DNA of 64,000 nt from an uncultured Verrucomicrobiae bacterium (GTDB lineage Bacteria; Verrucomicrobiota; Verrucomicrobiia; Chthoniobacterales; Chthoniobacteraceae): contig CAVYKI010000012.1 of assembly GCA_963769025.1 (NCBI GenBank), positions 160,001 through 224,000 of the forward strand, read 5' to 3'. Below are positions 44,242 to 52,955 of this stretch, piece by piece; the stretch's first letter is position 1, and each line of letters begins with the position of its first letter. The notes below the pieces were generated by a model, which was not told the DNA's origin, did no database searches, and worked only from the letters and a program-made list of their open reading frames with translations. Made by a program: the position numbers and the translations under genes.

Positions 44242-44903
44242 GACTCGCGGCCTATGCGATGGCGGTGCTGCTGCTGGCGGGCTGTGAAAGACCGGATACC
44301 GGCCGCGAGGCCGTGGACCTCGGCGACAAGCGCGCGAAGCTCGGCGCCTACCGCGAAGCCGTGCGCGCATACGAGGGCGCGCTCGACGGCACCGCGAAAA
44401 CCGCGGAGGTCCACTACAAGCTCGGCGTCCTCTACGACGACAAGCTGAAGGTGCCGCTCTCCGCGATTCACCATTACGAGCGCTACCTCGAACTCGTCCC
44501 CACGGGCGGACGCTCGAAGGAAGCGAAGACGGCCAAGACCGATTGCGAGAAACGCCTTCATCTCACGCTCAAGGACGGCGGCCTGATGACGACCGCCGAG
44601 GCCGCGCGCCTGCGCAACGAGAACGAACGCCTGCGCAAGGACCTCGCCGAACTTCACGCCCTGAAGCCCCCTCCCCCGCCCAACGCACCGATCCCGGGCG
44701 GCACGGACAAAATGCCTCCCGGCGCCCGCACGCATCTCGTGGCGAAGGGCGACACGCTCGCCTCCATCTCGTTCAAGTACTACCGCAATCGCGCGAACTC
44801 GTCCCAGATCAAGGACGCGAACTTCAACCAGCTCGGCGGAAAGGACATCATCAAGCCCGGCATGACGCTCATCATCCCCGAGGCTGCGAAGCGGAAAAAA
44901 TAG
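44238..44903 (+). CDS. TPR + LysM lipoprotein
   Basis: LLAGC lipobox, TPR helices, HLVAKGDTLASIS...IKPGMTLIIP. Confidence 0.88.
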   Translation: MRLAAYAMAVLLLAGCERPDTGREAVDLGDKRAKLGAYREAVRAYEGALDGTAKTAEVHYKLGVLYDDKLKVPLSAIHHYERYLELVPTGGRSKEAKTAKTDCEKRLHLTLKDGGLMTTAEAARLRNENERLRKDLAELHALKPPPPPNAPIPGGTDKMPPGARTHLVAKGDTLASISFKYYRNRANSSQIKDANFNQLGGKDIIKPGMTLIIPEAAKRKK

Positions 44904-44948
44904 CTGCGCTTGCGGGCAGGCCGCGCAGCCGCTATCACCCGCGCGCAA

Positions 44949-45749
44949 ATGACCATCATTGATCACGAGTTCGCTGACATCGCCACGCCGGGCGGGCCGA
45001 TGCGCGCGCACATCTTCCGACCCGCGGCTCCGGGGAAATATCCCGCCATCTCGCTCTTCTCGGAAATCTTCCAGGTCACCGGCCCCATCCGCCGCACGGC
45101 TGCGATGCTCGCGGGCCACGGCTTCATCGTCGCAGCGCCGGAAATCTTCCATGAATACGAACCCGCCGGCACGGTGCTCGGCTATGACAGCGCCGGCGCC
45201 GACCGCGGCAACTGGTGCAAGCAGGACAAGCCGATCGCGGCCTACGACGCGGACCTCGCGGCGCTCCGCGAGTTTTTGAAAACGCACCCGAACAGCACCG
45301 GGCGCCTCGGCTCCATGGGTCTCTGCATCGGCGGCCATCTCAATTTCCGGAACTGCTTCAGCCCCGACATCCGCGCGGGCGTGTGTTTTTACGCGACGGA
45401 CATTCACAAGATCGAAACCCACAAGCGCGGCCTCGGCGAAGGCATGGCCGACGACACGCTCGAGCGCGCCCGGCGCGGCGACATCAAGGCCGAGCTCCTC
45501 ATGGTCTGGGGCAGGCAGGACCCGCACATTCCCTTCGAGGGCCGGATGCAGATTCGCCGCGCACTCGAGGAAGGTGGCGCCAATCACCAGACCTTCGAGG
45601 TGAACGGTGCGCACGCATTTCTCCGCGACGAGGGGCCGCGCTACAATCCCGCGCTCGCCCGCCAGTGCTACGGCCTCGCCATCGAGCTCTTCCAGCGCCG
45701 CCTCGGCGAAGGCGACCTGCCCGCCGAAGCCGCCGGACCGAAGCACTGA
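44949..45749 (+). CDS. Dienelactone hydrolase family protein
   Basis: SEIFQVT, GLCIGG, QDPHIP, HAFLRDEG. Confidence 0.92.
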   Translation: MTIIDHEFADIATPGGPMRAHIFRPAAPGKYPAISLFSEIFQVTGPIRRTAAMLAGHGFIVAAPEIFHEYEPAGTVLGYDSAGADRGNWCKQDKPIAAYDADLAALREFLKTHPNSTGRLGSMGLCIGGHLNFRNCFSPDIRAGVCFYATDIHKIETHKRGLGEGMADDTLERARRGDIKAELLMVWGRQDPHIPFEGRMQIRRALEEGGANHQTFEVNGAHAFLRDEGPRYNPALARQCYGLAIELFQRRLGEGDLPAEAAGPKH

Positions 45750-45885
45750 TCGGAAACCCGCGAGCGGCTTGCGGAATCCGCAGGAAATCCGGACTCCCTC
45801 GCCCGTCATCGGCAATGCGTCCCGTTCGGAGCGGACGATGATTTCCGGATTGTCTTAGCCGCGCCGCGGGAATGGACTCCCGCGC

Positions 45886-47598
45886 ATGAAACTCCCCTTC
45901 CATCCCAAGCGGTTCGCCTTGGCGTTCGTCGGTCTCGCGGCACTGACTTTCACGCAGTGCAACAAACCCGGTGCCGGAACCTCGGCCGGCTCGCCGCCCA
46001 CGGTGAACCCAGGCGCGACGGGAAATTCCATCGCGCTCATCGGCGAAGGCGCTTCGCCTTCGTTCCGCGCAGTCGCATCGCGACTGGAACTCGGCGGGCG
46101 CTCCTTCGAATACTCGGAGACCGGCGGCGCGCCGGCACTCGCGGCATTTTTGGATGAAATCATCAAGGCTCTCCCGGCCTCCGAGCGCAAAGACATCCCG
46201 GCCGGCTTCACCTTTGCGGAGCTGTTCAGCCTCCTCGGCGTCGATTCGGTCGCCGCCACGGGATCGAGCTCGCGCGCACGCGCCGATGGTTCGTTTCACT
46301 CGCGCAGCTTCGCCTACATGCCGCAGGGCAGGAAGGGCCTGCTCACGTTGGGCGGCGGGCCTGCGGCGAAACTCATGCTCCTCGACATCGCACCAAAGGA
46401 CACGGACCTCGCGCTGGAGTTTCCGCTCTACCTGAAGGATTTCGCGCGAGAGGCGATGCCCAAAATCCTCGCGATGATTCCGCCCGCGGAGCGCGCGCAG
46501 GTGGAGCGGCAAATGTCGCAGCCAGTCCCGCCGCTCGGGCTCAGCGGCAGGCAGATCATCGAGAAGCTCGACGCCCACATCGGCATTTTCCTCCGGCTCG
46601 ATCCGACGCAGAAATTCCAGCCGTCGCCCGATGCGCCGCCGATGCCGGGCATGGACGGCGTGATCGCGATCGACCGCCTCGGCTGGCTCGTCGAGGCGCT
46701 GAAGCCGCAGTTCATGCCGATGCTCTCGCAGCCCGGCGGCCCGGTGAAGGTCACCGAAGAAGGCGGCGTGCTCACGATTCGCTTTACGGGCCCCGCCGGA
46801 CCTCCGCCGATGGACTACCAGCCCGTCGTGCGCTTTGACCCGAAGGCCGACCGCATCCTCATCGCCACGCGCCCCGCGCTCTTCGACTCGGTCGTGGCGG
46901 GCACGGAAAAAATCACCCAGGGCGCGGACTTCACACAGGCGTGGCGCGACCTCCCGAGCGACGGCAACACCTGCATCTACGCCTCATCGCGCCTGCTGCA
47001 GACCATCAGCGACCTCATCGCGAAGTCCGCACAGACCGCGAGCACATCGGCGGCGGACGCGGCGTTGGCGGGGAAATTTTTCGGTTGGGTGAAACCGCTC
47101 CTCAGCCGCGGACAGGCGATGGTGATCGCAAACCAGCCCGACGGCATCTTCGCGCTCTCGAACACCTCCATCCCCGCGGGCTCCTCGACGATGACCGCGG
47201 TCTCCACGGTCGCCGTGCTGGCGGCATTTGCGCTGCCCGCCGTTTCGAAGGTCCGGCTGAAGGCGGTGGAGGCCAGCGAACTCAACACTCTGAAACAGGT
47301 GCAACTCGGCCTGAGGATGTATGCCGCGGACAATGACGGAAAATATCCCCCGGCTCTCTCGGCGCTCGCCCCAACCTACATCGGGAGCAGTCAGATCCTG
47401 GAGTTCACCGATCCCCGAACGAAACAACGCACGCCGTGGCTTTACCGCAGTTCGCTCTCCGAGGGATCCCCGGGCAGCGAGGTGCTCGTCGCCGCGCCGG
47501 TGGCATCGCCGGACCGCAAGCGCGCCGTCGGATTCAACGACGGCAGCGTGAGGAGCATCCCGGAGGCCGAATTCCAAGGCCTGTGGAACCGCAAATAG
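45886..47598 (+). CDS. Putative lipoprotein with C-terminal pilin/DUF1559-like domain
   Basis: Signal ending FTQC; C-terminal VAVLAAFALPAVSKVR...LKQVQLGLRMYAADNDGKYP...VGFNDGSV. Confidence 0.7.
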   Translation: MKLPFHPKRFALAFVGLAALTFTQCNKPGAGTSAGSPPTVNPGATGNSIALIGEGASPSFRAVASRLELGGRSFEYSETGGAPALAAFLDEIIKALPASERKDIPAGFTFAELFSLLGVDSVAATGSSSRARADGSFHSRSFAYMPQGRKGLLTLGGGPAAKLMLLDIAPKDTDLALEFPLYLKDFAREAMPKILAMIPPAERAQVERQMSQPVPPLGLSGRQIIEKLDAHIGIFLRLDPTQKFQPSPDAPPMPGMDGVIAIDRLGWLVEALKPQFMPMLSQPGGPVKVTEEGGVLTIRFTGPAGPPPMDYQPVVRFDPKADRILIATRPALFDSVVAGTEKITQGADFTQAWRDLPSDGNTCIYASSRLLQTISDLIAKSAQTASTSAADAALAGKFFGWVKPLLSRGQAMVIANQPDGIFALSNTSIPAGSSTMTAVSTVAVLAAFALPAVSKVRLKAVEASELNTLKQVQLGLRMYAADNDGKYPPALSALAPTYIGSSQILEFTDPRTKQRTPWLYRSSLSEGSPGSEVLVAAPVASPDRKRAVGFNDGSVRSIPEAEFQGLWNRK

Positions 47599-47616
47599 CC
47601 CGGGCCGGCCTGACGC

Positions 47617-48099
47617 CTACTTGAGCTTCAGGCTGTCCACGTGCTTGCGCAGCTTCGCCTGCAGTGCAGCCCACTGCGACTCCTTCGCCGTGGCGGTGAC
47701 CAGATACACGCGATCCCCTTTCTTCAGTGCGCGAGCGTAAAAGTGAAGGTCGCCGCTTTTGGTGGTGGCAGCGTATTCAGCACGCCATTCGTCCTCGCTC
47801 TTTTGCTCCTCGGAAAGGATTTTCCACTTCATCTCGACAAACTGTCCCTTCGAGAGCGCCGCGTATTCCTTGATGGTCCCCTTATACGGCTGGATGTTCA
47901 CGTTGATGTTCGGCGCGAAGCCCTCGCTGACCGGAAGAAACATCAGGATCGCCGTCGTCGTCGCTCCGCCGGGTTCGCCGTCCAGCGCCTCGATCTCGAA
48001 TCCGTATTGCGGAAGATCGATCGTGCCTGCCCCGGCGTGTGGCAGGAAAGACGTGAGAAGGAATGAAAGGGCGACCGCGGTGAGCCTGATGAGTTTCAT
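47617..48099 (-). CDS. Secreted PsbP/DcrB-like protein
   Basis: Signal peptide, FAPNINV, VYLVTATA. Confidence 0.6.
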   Translation of the reverse strand: MKLIRLTAVALSFLLTSFLPHAGAGTIDLPQYGFEIEALDGEPGGATTTAILMFLPVSEGFAPNINVNIQPYKGTIKEYAALSKGQFVEMKWKILSEEQKSEDEWRAEYAATTKSGDLHFYARALKKGDRVYLVTATAKESQWAALQAKLRKHVDSLKLK

Positions 48100-48229
48100 G
48101 GTCTGCAGAGAATGTGTGGCTCACGCGGTGAGGTCAACGGCGCGCTGCGGCGCGGACGTGGGCTGGCAAGGGGGCACAAAAAGGATCGGCTCGCCAATGC
48201 GCACGCGCATGGTTAATTCCGGCGTTTCC

Positions 48230-49498
48230 ATGACCTCCAAGACTCTCCTCCTCGCCGCCGCGCTCTTCACTTTCACCCTCCATGCCGAGGAAAACTGGCC
48301 GCAGTTCCGCGGGCCGAACGGCGACGGCCGCTCGGATGCAAAATCGCTGCCCGTCGAGATGGGCGAGGGCGTCAATGTGAAGTGGAAGGCTGCGACGCAT
48401 GGCAAGGCGTGGTCTTCGCCGGTCATCTGGGGGAATGAAGTGTGGCTCACGACCGCGACCGAGGACGGCAAGGAACTCGGAGTCATGGCGTTCGACAAGA
48501 CGACCGGGAAGGTGCTGCACGACAAGGTGCTCTTCCGCGTCGAGACGCCGCAGTTTTGCCATAAGTTCAACAGCTACGCGTCGCCGACTCCGGTCATCGA
48601 GGAAGGGCGCATCTACGTGAGCTACGGATCGCCCGGCCTCGCCTGCCTCGACACGAAGACGTGCGCGGTGCTGTGGGAGCGGCGTGATTTCGTGTGCAAT
48701 CACTTCCGCGGGTCGGGGAGTTCGCCGGTGATCTGGAACGGGTTGCTCTTTAATCATTTCGACGGCAGCGATCACCAGTTCGTCGTCGCGCTCGACAAAA
48801 ACACCGGCAAAACCGTGTGGAATGTGAAGCGCTCGGTGGACTACAAGGACATCGAGCCCGACGGGAAAGTGCAGGCGGACGGCGACTGGCGGAAGGCTTA
48901 CGCGACGCCGCAGGTGATCGAGTGGCAGGGCAAGCCGCTGCTGCTCTCCAGCGGCGCGAAGGCGCATTACGGCTATGAACCGATGACCGGCAAGGAAGTG
49001 TTCCGCTTCGAGGAGGCCGGAGCGCACAGCTCCGGCTCGAGGCCGGTGGTCGGCCATGGGATGTGGTTCATCACGCCGGGCTTTGGGAAAAGGAACCAGA
49101 TCGTCGCAGTGAAGCTCGGCGGCAGCGGGGCGCTCGACGAATCGTCCGTCGCGTGGCGCGCTGCGAAGATCGCGCCGAGCAAGCCGTCGCTGCTGCTCGA
49201 CGGCGAGTACCTGTATGCCGTGGACGACAAGGGCATCGCGTCGTGCATCGAGGCAAAGACCGGCGAGGTGAAGTGGAGCGAGCGCGTCGGCGGCGACTAC
49301 TCGGCGTCGCCATTGCTCACGGCGGGACGGCTCTACTTTTTCAGCGAAAACGGCACCGTGACGGTGCTCGCCGCGGCACCCGAGTTCAAAAAGCTCGGCG
49401 GTGGAAAATTTGATGACGGCTTCATGGCCGCACCCGCTGTGAGCGGCAAGGCGATGTTCCTGCGCACCAAGTCGGCGCTTTACCGCGTGGAGGAATAA
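48230..49498 (+). CDS. PQQ-like beta-propeller repeat protein
   Basis: NWPQFRGP, WSSPV, ASPTPV, ALDKNTGKTVW, YSASP. Confidence 0.9.
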   Translation: MTSKTLLLAAALFTFTLHAEENWPQFRGPNGDGRSDAKSLPVEMGEGVNVKWKAATHGKAWSSPVIWGNEVWLTTATEDGKELGVMAFDKTTGKVLHDKVLFRVETPQFCHKFNSYASPTPVIEEGRIYVSYGSPGLACLDTKTCAVLWERRDFVCNHFRGSGSSPVIWNGLLFNHFDGSDHQFVVALDKNTGKTVWNVKRSVDYKDIEPDGKVQADGDWRKAYATPQVIEWQGKPLLLSSGAKAHYGYEPMTGKEVFRFEEAGAHSSGSRPVVGHGMWFITPGFGKRNQIVAVKLGGSGALDESSVAWRAAKIAPSKPSLLLDGEYLYAVDDKGIASCIEAKTGEVKWSERVGGDYSASPLLTAGRLYFFSENGTVTVLAAAPEFKKLGGGKFDDGFMAAPAVSGKAMFLRTKSALYRVEE

Positions 49499-49503
49499 CC
49501 CGC

Positions 49504-50433
49504 GTGCCGTCGCTCGTCGAAAGTCTCGCGCTCCTCGCCGACGCCACGCGGCTGCGGCTGCTGCTGCTGCTCGGCGAAGAGGAGCTGTCGGTCGTCGAGC
49601 TGCAGGAGATTCTCGGCATGGGCCAGTCGCGGATTTCCAACCATCTCGCGCAGCTCCGGCAGGCGGGCCTCGTGCGCGACCGGCGCTCGGGAAAAAACAT
49701 CTACTACGCGCTGATCGGCCGCGAGGCGATGCCCGACCTCGATCCGATCCTGACCGCCGCGCGGCGCGAGATCACGGAGGCTGAGCACGACCGCACGGCG
49801 CTCAAGGTCGCGGTGCAGAAGCGCAACGACCGCACGCGGGAATACTTCAACAAGCTGGCCGGAAAGTTTGGCCGCACGCACTGCCCGGGGCGGACGTGGG
49901 AGGCCGTGGCGCACTTCCTTTTCCTTCTCGTGCCGCCCTCGACGATCGCCGCGGACCTCGGCGCGGGCGAAGGCGCGCTTTCGCAGCTCCTCGCGAAGCG
50001 CGTGCAGAAGGTGATCGCCGTGGACAACAGCGAGAAGATGGTGGAATTCGGCGTGAAGCTCGCGAAGGAACACGGCCTGCAAAATCTCGAATTCCGGCTC
50101 GGCGACATCGAGCAGCCGCCCATCGATCCTGACAGCGTGGATCTCGTGCTGCTGAGCCAGGCGCTGCACCACGCCGAGCATCCGCAGGCTGCGATCGCCG
50201 CCGCTCACAAGGTGCTGAGGAAGGGCGGGCGCATCGTCGTGCTCGACCTGCTGCAGCATCAGTTCGAGGAAGCGCGGGAACTTTACGCGGACCGCTGGCT
50301 CGGCTTCGGCGAGGCGGATCTGCATGGCTGGCTGGAGAAGGCGGGCTTCGGCGGGATCGAAGTCATGACCGTCGCGCGCGAGCCGCAGCCGCCGCACCTT
50401 CAGACGCTGCTCGCGACGGGCGTGAAGGCCTGA
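49504..50433 (+). CDS. ArsR-family HTH + SAM methyltransferase-like regulator (SahR-type architecture)
   Basis: LADATRLRLL, GQSRISNHL, ADLGAGEG, SQALHH. Confidence 0.9.
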   Translation: MPSLVESLALLADATRLRLLLLLGEEELSVVELQEILGMGQSRISNHLAQLRQAGLVRDRRSGKNIYYALIGREAMPDLDPILTAARREITEAEHDRTALKVAVQKRNDRTREYFNKLAGKFGRTHCPGRTWEAVAHFLFLLVPPSTIAADLGAGEGALSQLLAKRVQKVIAVDNSEKMVEFGVKLAKEHGLQNLEFRLGDIEQPPIDPDSVDLVLLSQALHHAEHPQAAIAAAHKVLRKGGRIVVLDLLQHQFEEARELYADRWLGFGEADLHGWLEKAGFGGIEVMTVAREPQPPHLQTLLATGVKA

Positions 50434-50434
50434 C

Positions 50435-51040
50435 CTACTCCGCGCGGATCTCGATGGGCGTGCCGGCGCGCACCTTCTCGAAGATGAGCGGGGCGATCTC
50501 CTTCGGGACTCGGATGGAACCGTGCGCCGCCGGATAACCGGGCAGGATGCCGCCGTGGATGCCGAAGCCAGCGACCGTGAACCGGCAGAAATGCGTCATC
50601 GGCTCGGCGACAAAGCGCGTGCCCGCCGGCGCGACATCGAGCCTCATGCTCACGCCCGAGCGGACGGTGCGCCCGAGCTTGTCCACGAAGCTGCCGTAGT
50701 ATGCGGACTGCATGCCCTTCACTTTTTCCAGCACCGAGAAAGTCCCCACCGGCGTGGGACCGCCGCGTTTTCCCGAGGAGATGGGCGTGTCGATGCACAC
50801 CTTCTCGCCGTTCATCAACATGGCCCGCTGGGTGGCGAGGTTGACGACGATCCGCGTCTTTTCCGGCGTCGCCGCTGCGAGCAATTCCGGGACTACACGC
50901 GGCGGGTCCTGTTTCCGGATCATATCGGCCGGGGTCTTCGCAGGCGGCTTGCCGGAGTCCTCCGCGGGCACGGCGACGCCCCGCGGGACTGCGAGCATGC
51001 ACACGGCGGCTGCGAGGATGGGGCGGAACGTCGGAAACAT
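50435..51040 (-). CDS. YkuD/L,D-transpeptidase family protein (catalytic Cys appears as Ser)
   Basis: IVVNLATQR, PISSGK, TPVGTF, GIHGGILPGYPAAHGSIRVP. Confidence 0.85.
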   Translation of the reverse strand: MFPTFRPILAAAVCMLAVPRGVAVPAEDSGKPPAKTPADMIRKQDPPRVVPELLAAATPEKTRIVVNLATQRAMLMNGEKVCIDTPISSGKRGGPTPVGTFSVLEKVKGMQSAYYGSFVDKLGRTVRSGVSMRLDVAPAGTRFVAEPMTHFCRFTVAGFGIHGGILPGYPAAHGSIRVPKEIAPLIFEKVRAGTPIEIRAE

Positions 51041-51148
51041 GCTGCGGTGTTTGTATGGAACGGTTTCTCCGCGCCGCAATGACAGAAATCGATGAGCCGC
51101 GTTGCCACGGTCCCGGCACGTGCCTATAAGCAGGCCCGCCCGTTCACC

Positions 51149-52948
51149 GTGTCCATCCAAGCACTCATCACCGCGATGCTGGCCCTCATGCTGGCTCCGT
51201 TCGCCACGGCACAGGCCCGTCGCGACCGCGCAGGCGCGGCGCCGCCGCCGGTGGTCCCGCAGACCATCGAGATGAGGCGCGGGGAACAAATCGCCGTGCC
51301 GCTCGCCATCTACGGCGCACGCGGCGAGACGCTCGAGTTTCTCATCCGCACCCCACCCGCGCACGGACGCCTCTCCGCGGTGAAAAACACCGGGCTGAAC
51401 GCGGCGACGGTGACCTACATTTCCTCCGCACGCGGCACCGCCGATACGGATCGATTTGCATACGCGGCGCGCAGCTCCGAGGGCGTCTCGGCCCCGGGCC
51501 TGATCACGATTCGCTTCGTGGAGCCGGTGGTGATGCCGGCGAAACTGAAGGCGCCGCTCGATCTGGAATTTCCGCCGGTCTTTCCCGGGCAGCGCAGCAC
51601 GGTGGAGATGGAACTCGCGAACCAAGGCGGCGGAGTGATCGAAGGCGACGTGGCTGTGCCGGAACCATGGAGCATCGAGGGGCTGAAAATTTTCCGCCTC
51701 GGCGCGGGACAGCGCACGACATTCAAGATCGTCTTCACGCCAGCCGAGCCCGGCATCCGGACCGGTGAGGCGGTGATCAGCGGCCCCCAGCGAAAGCTCA
51801 TCCCGCTCCGCGCCTCCGCGGAGGTGCGGCTCGCGGCGACACCGACACAACTCAAACTCACCGCTCAGCCGGGCAGCCAGACGCGGATGGGCGTGCTGAA
51901 GATTGCGAATCATTCGGAGGAAGATGCGACCGTCACGGTGGATGCCGGCGCGCGCCTGCTGACGGATCGCGTCGTGAAAGTCCCCGCGCGTGGCAGTTCC
52001 GCGGTGCCTGTCTTCGCCGACGCCGTCGACGCCGCTGCCTTTGACGACGTCGTTAAGCTGAGCAGCAAGGAATGGAAGGCGACGGTCCCCGTGCGCGCAG
52101 TCGCCGTGGGTCCCATCCTGAAATTCACTGCGCCGGAAGTGAACATCACCGGGAGCGACAAAGGCCTCGAGGCAAGCGGCCTCGCAATCCTCGAAAATGC
52201 AGGCGGCGAACCGGTGACCGTTCGCCTGGACGTCGGCCGTCCCTTTGCGTTGGAGGCGCGTGTCGCAACGGCGCCCGCGCGCGGTCGCGTGGAAATTCCA
52301 ATCCTCGTGCGCGATTCCGGGCCGGGCACTTTCCGCTCGAGCCTGAAGGCGACGGGCGACGGAGGTTCCGCAGTCGTGGCGGTGAAGGCGGAGATCGCCG
52401 AGGCGCTCGCGGTGCAGACGAAAGCAAGCGCGCCCGAGACGCAGGTTGAAAAGGAGGAACCAGCGGCCGCTCCGGACAACGACGCTCGCGACACCACGGT
52501 GCCCGAGATCCCGACGGATGCGCGCGAGGTTCCGAACGGGCTGGGAAAGCTGGCCCGCAACATCGGGATGAATTCCGCATCGCTCGACTGGCCGCTCGCT
52601 CTCGGCCCAGCGGACAACGTGCGTGTCGAGGAACGGGTGCTGTCCTTCGCCGAAGGCGACACGCTGCAAGTCGGATGGTCGCCGCTCCCGAACGTGAGCA
52701 TCGCTCCCTCCGCCGAGCGCGTGGTCGCCGAGCTGCGCGGGCTCAAGCCGGGAACCTTTTACACAGTCAGGGTCGTGAGCGGAAAGGACGCGGAGGCAGC
52801 GGTGCTGTTCACGGCGGATTTTTGGACGCCCGCAAAGAAGCCGTTCTTCACCGGATCGCTTCTCACGCCGCTGCTGGTGTGCGCGCTGTTCCTTCTCGCG
52901 CTCGCGGTCTGGCGTTCGCGCCGCGCACCAGCCGCGGCTCGGAAATAA
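51149..52948 (+). CDS. Surface protein with Ig-like beta-sandwich repeats, FN3-like domain and C-terminal TM anchor
   Basis: Signal-like N-terminus, TPPAHGRL/DRFAYAA, LEFPPV...LANQGG, LRGLKPGTFYTVRV, terminal TM plus basic tail; start uncertain (51092-51176). Confidence 0.65.
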   Translation: MSIQALITAMLALMLAPFATAQARRDRAGAAPPPVVPQTIEMRRGEQIAVPLAIYGARGETLEFLIRTPPAHGRLSAVKNTGLNAATVTYISSARGTADTDRFAYAARSSEGVSAPGLITIRFVEPVVMPAKLKAPLDLEFPPVFPGQRSTVEMELANQGGGVIEGDVAVPEPWSIEGLKIFRLGAGQRTTFKIVFTPAEPGIRTGEAVISGPQRKLIPLRASAEVRLAATPTQLKLTAQPGSQTRMGVLKIANHSEEDATVTVDAGARLLTDRVVKVPARGSSAVPVFADAVDAAAFDDVVKLSSKEWKATVPVRAVAVGPILKFTAPEVNITGSDKGLEASGLAILENAGGEPVTVRLDVGRPFALEARVATAPARGRVEIPILVRDSGPGTFRSSLKATGDGGSAVVAVKAEIAEALAVQTKASAPETQVEKEEPAAAPDNDARDTTVPEIPTDAREVPNGLGKLARNIGMNSASLDWPLALGPADNVRVEERVLSFAEGDTLQVGWSPLPNVSIAPSAERVVAELRGLKPGTFYTVRVVSGKDAEAAVLFTADFWTPAKKPFFTGSLLTPLLVCALFLLALAVWRSRRAPAAARK

Positions 52949-52955
52949 TCTCCCG

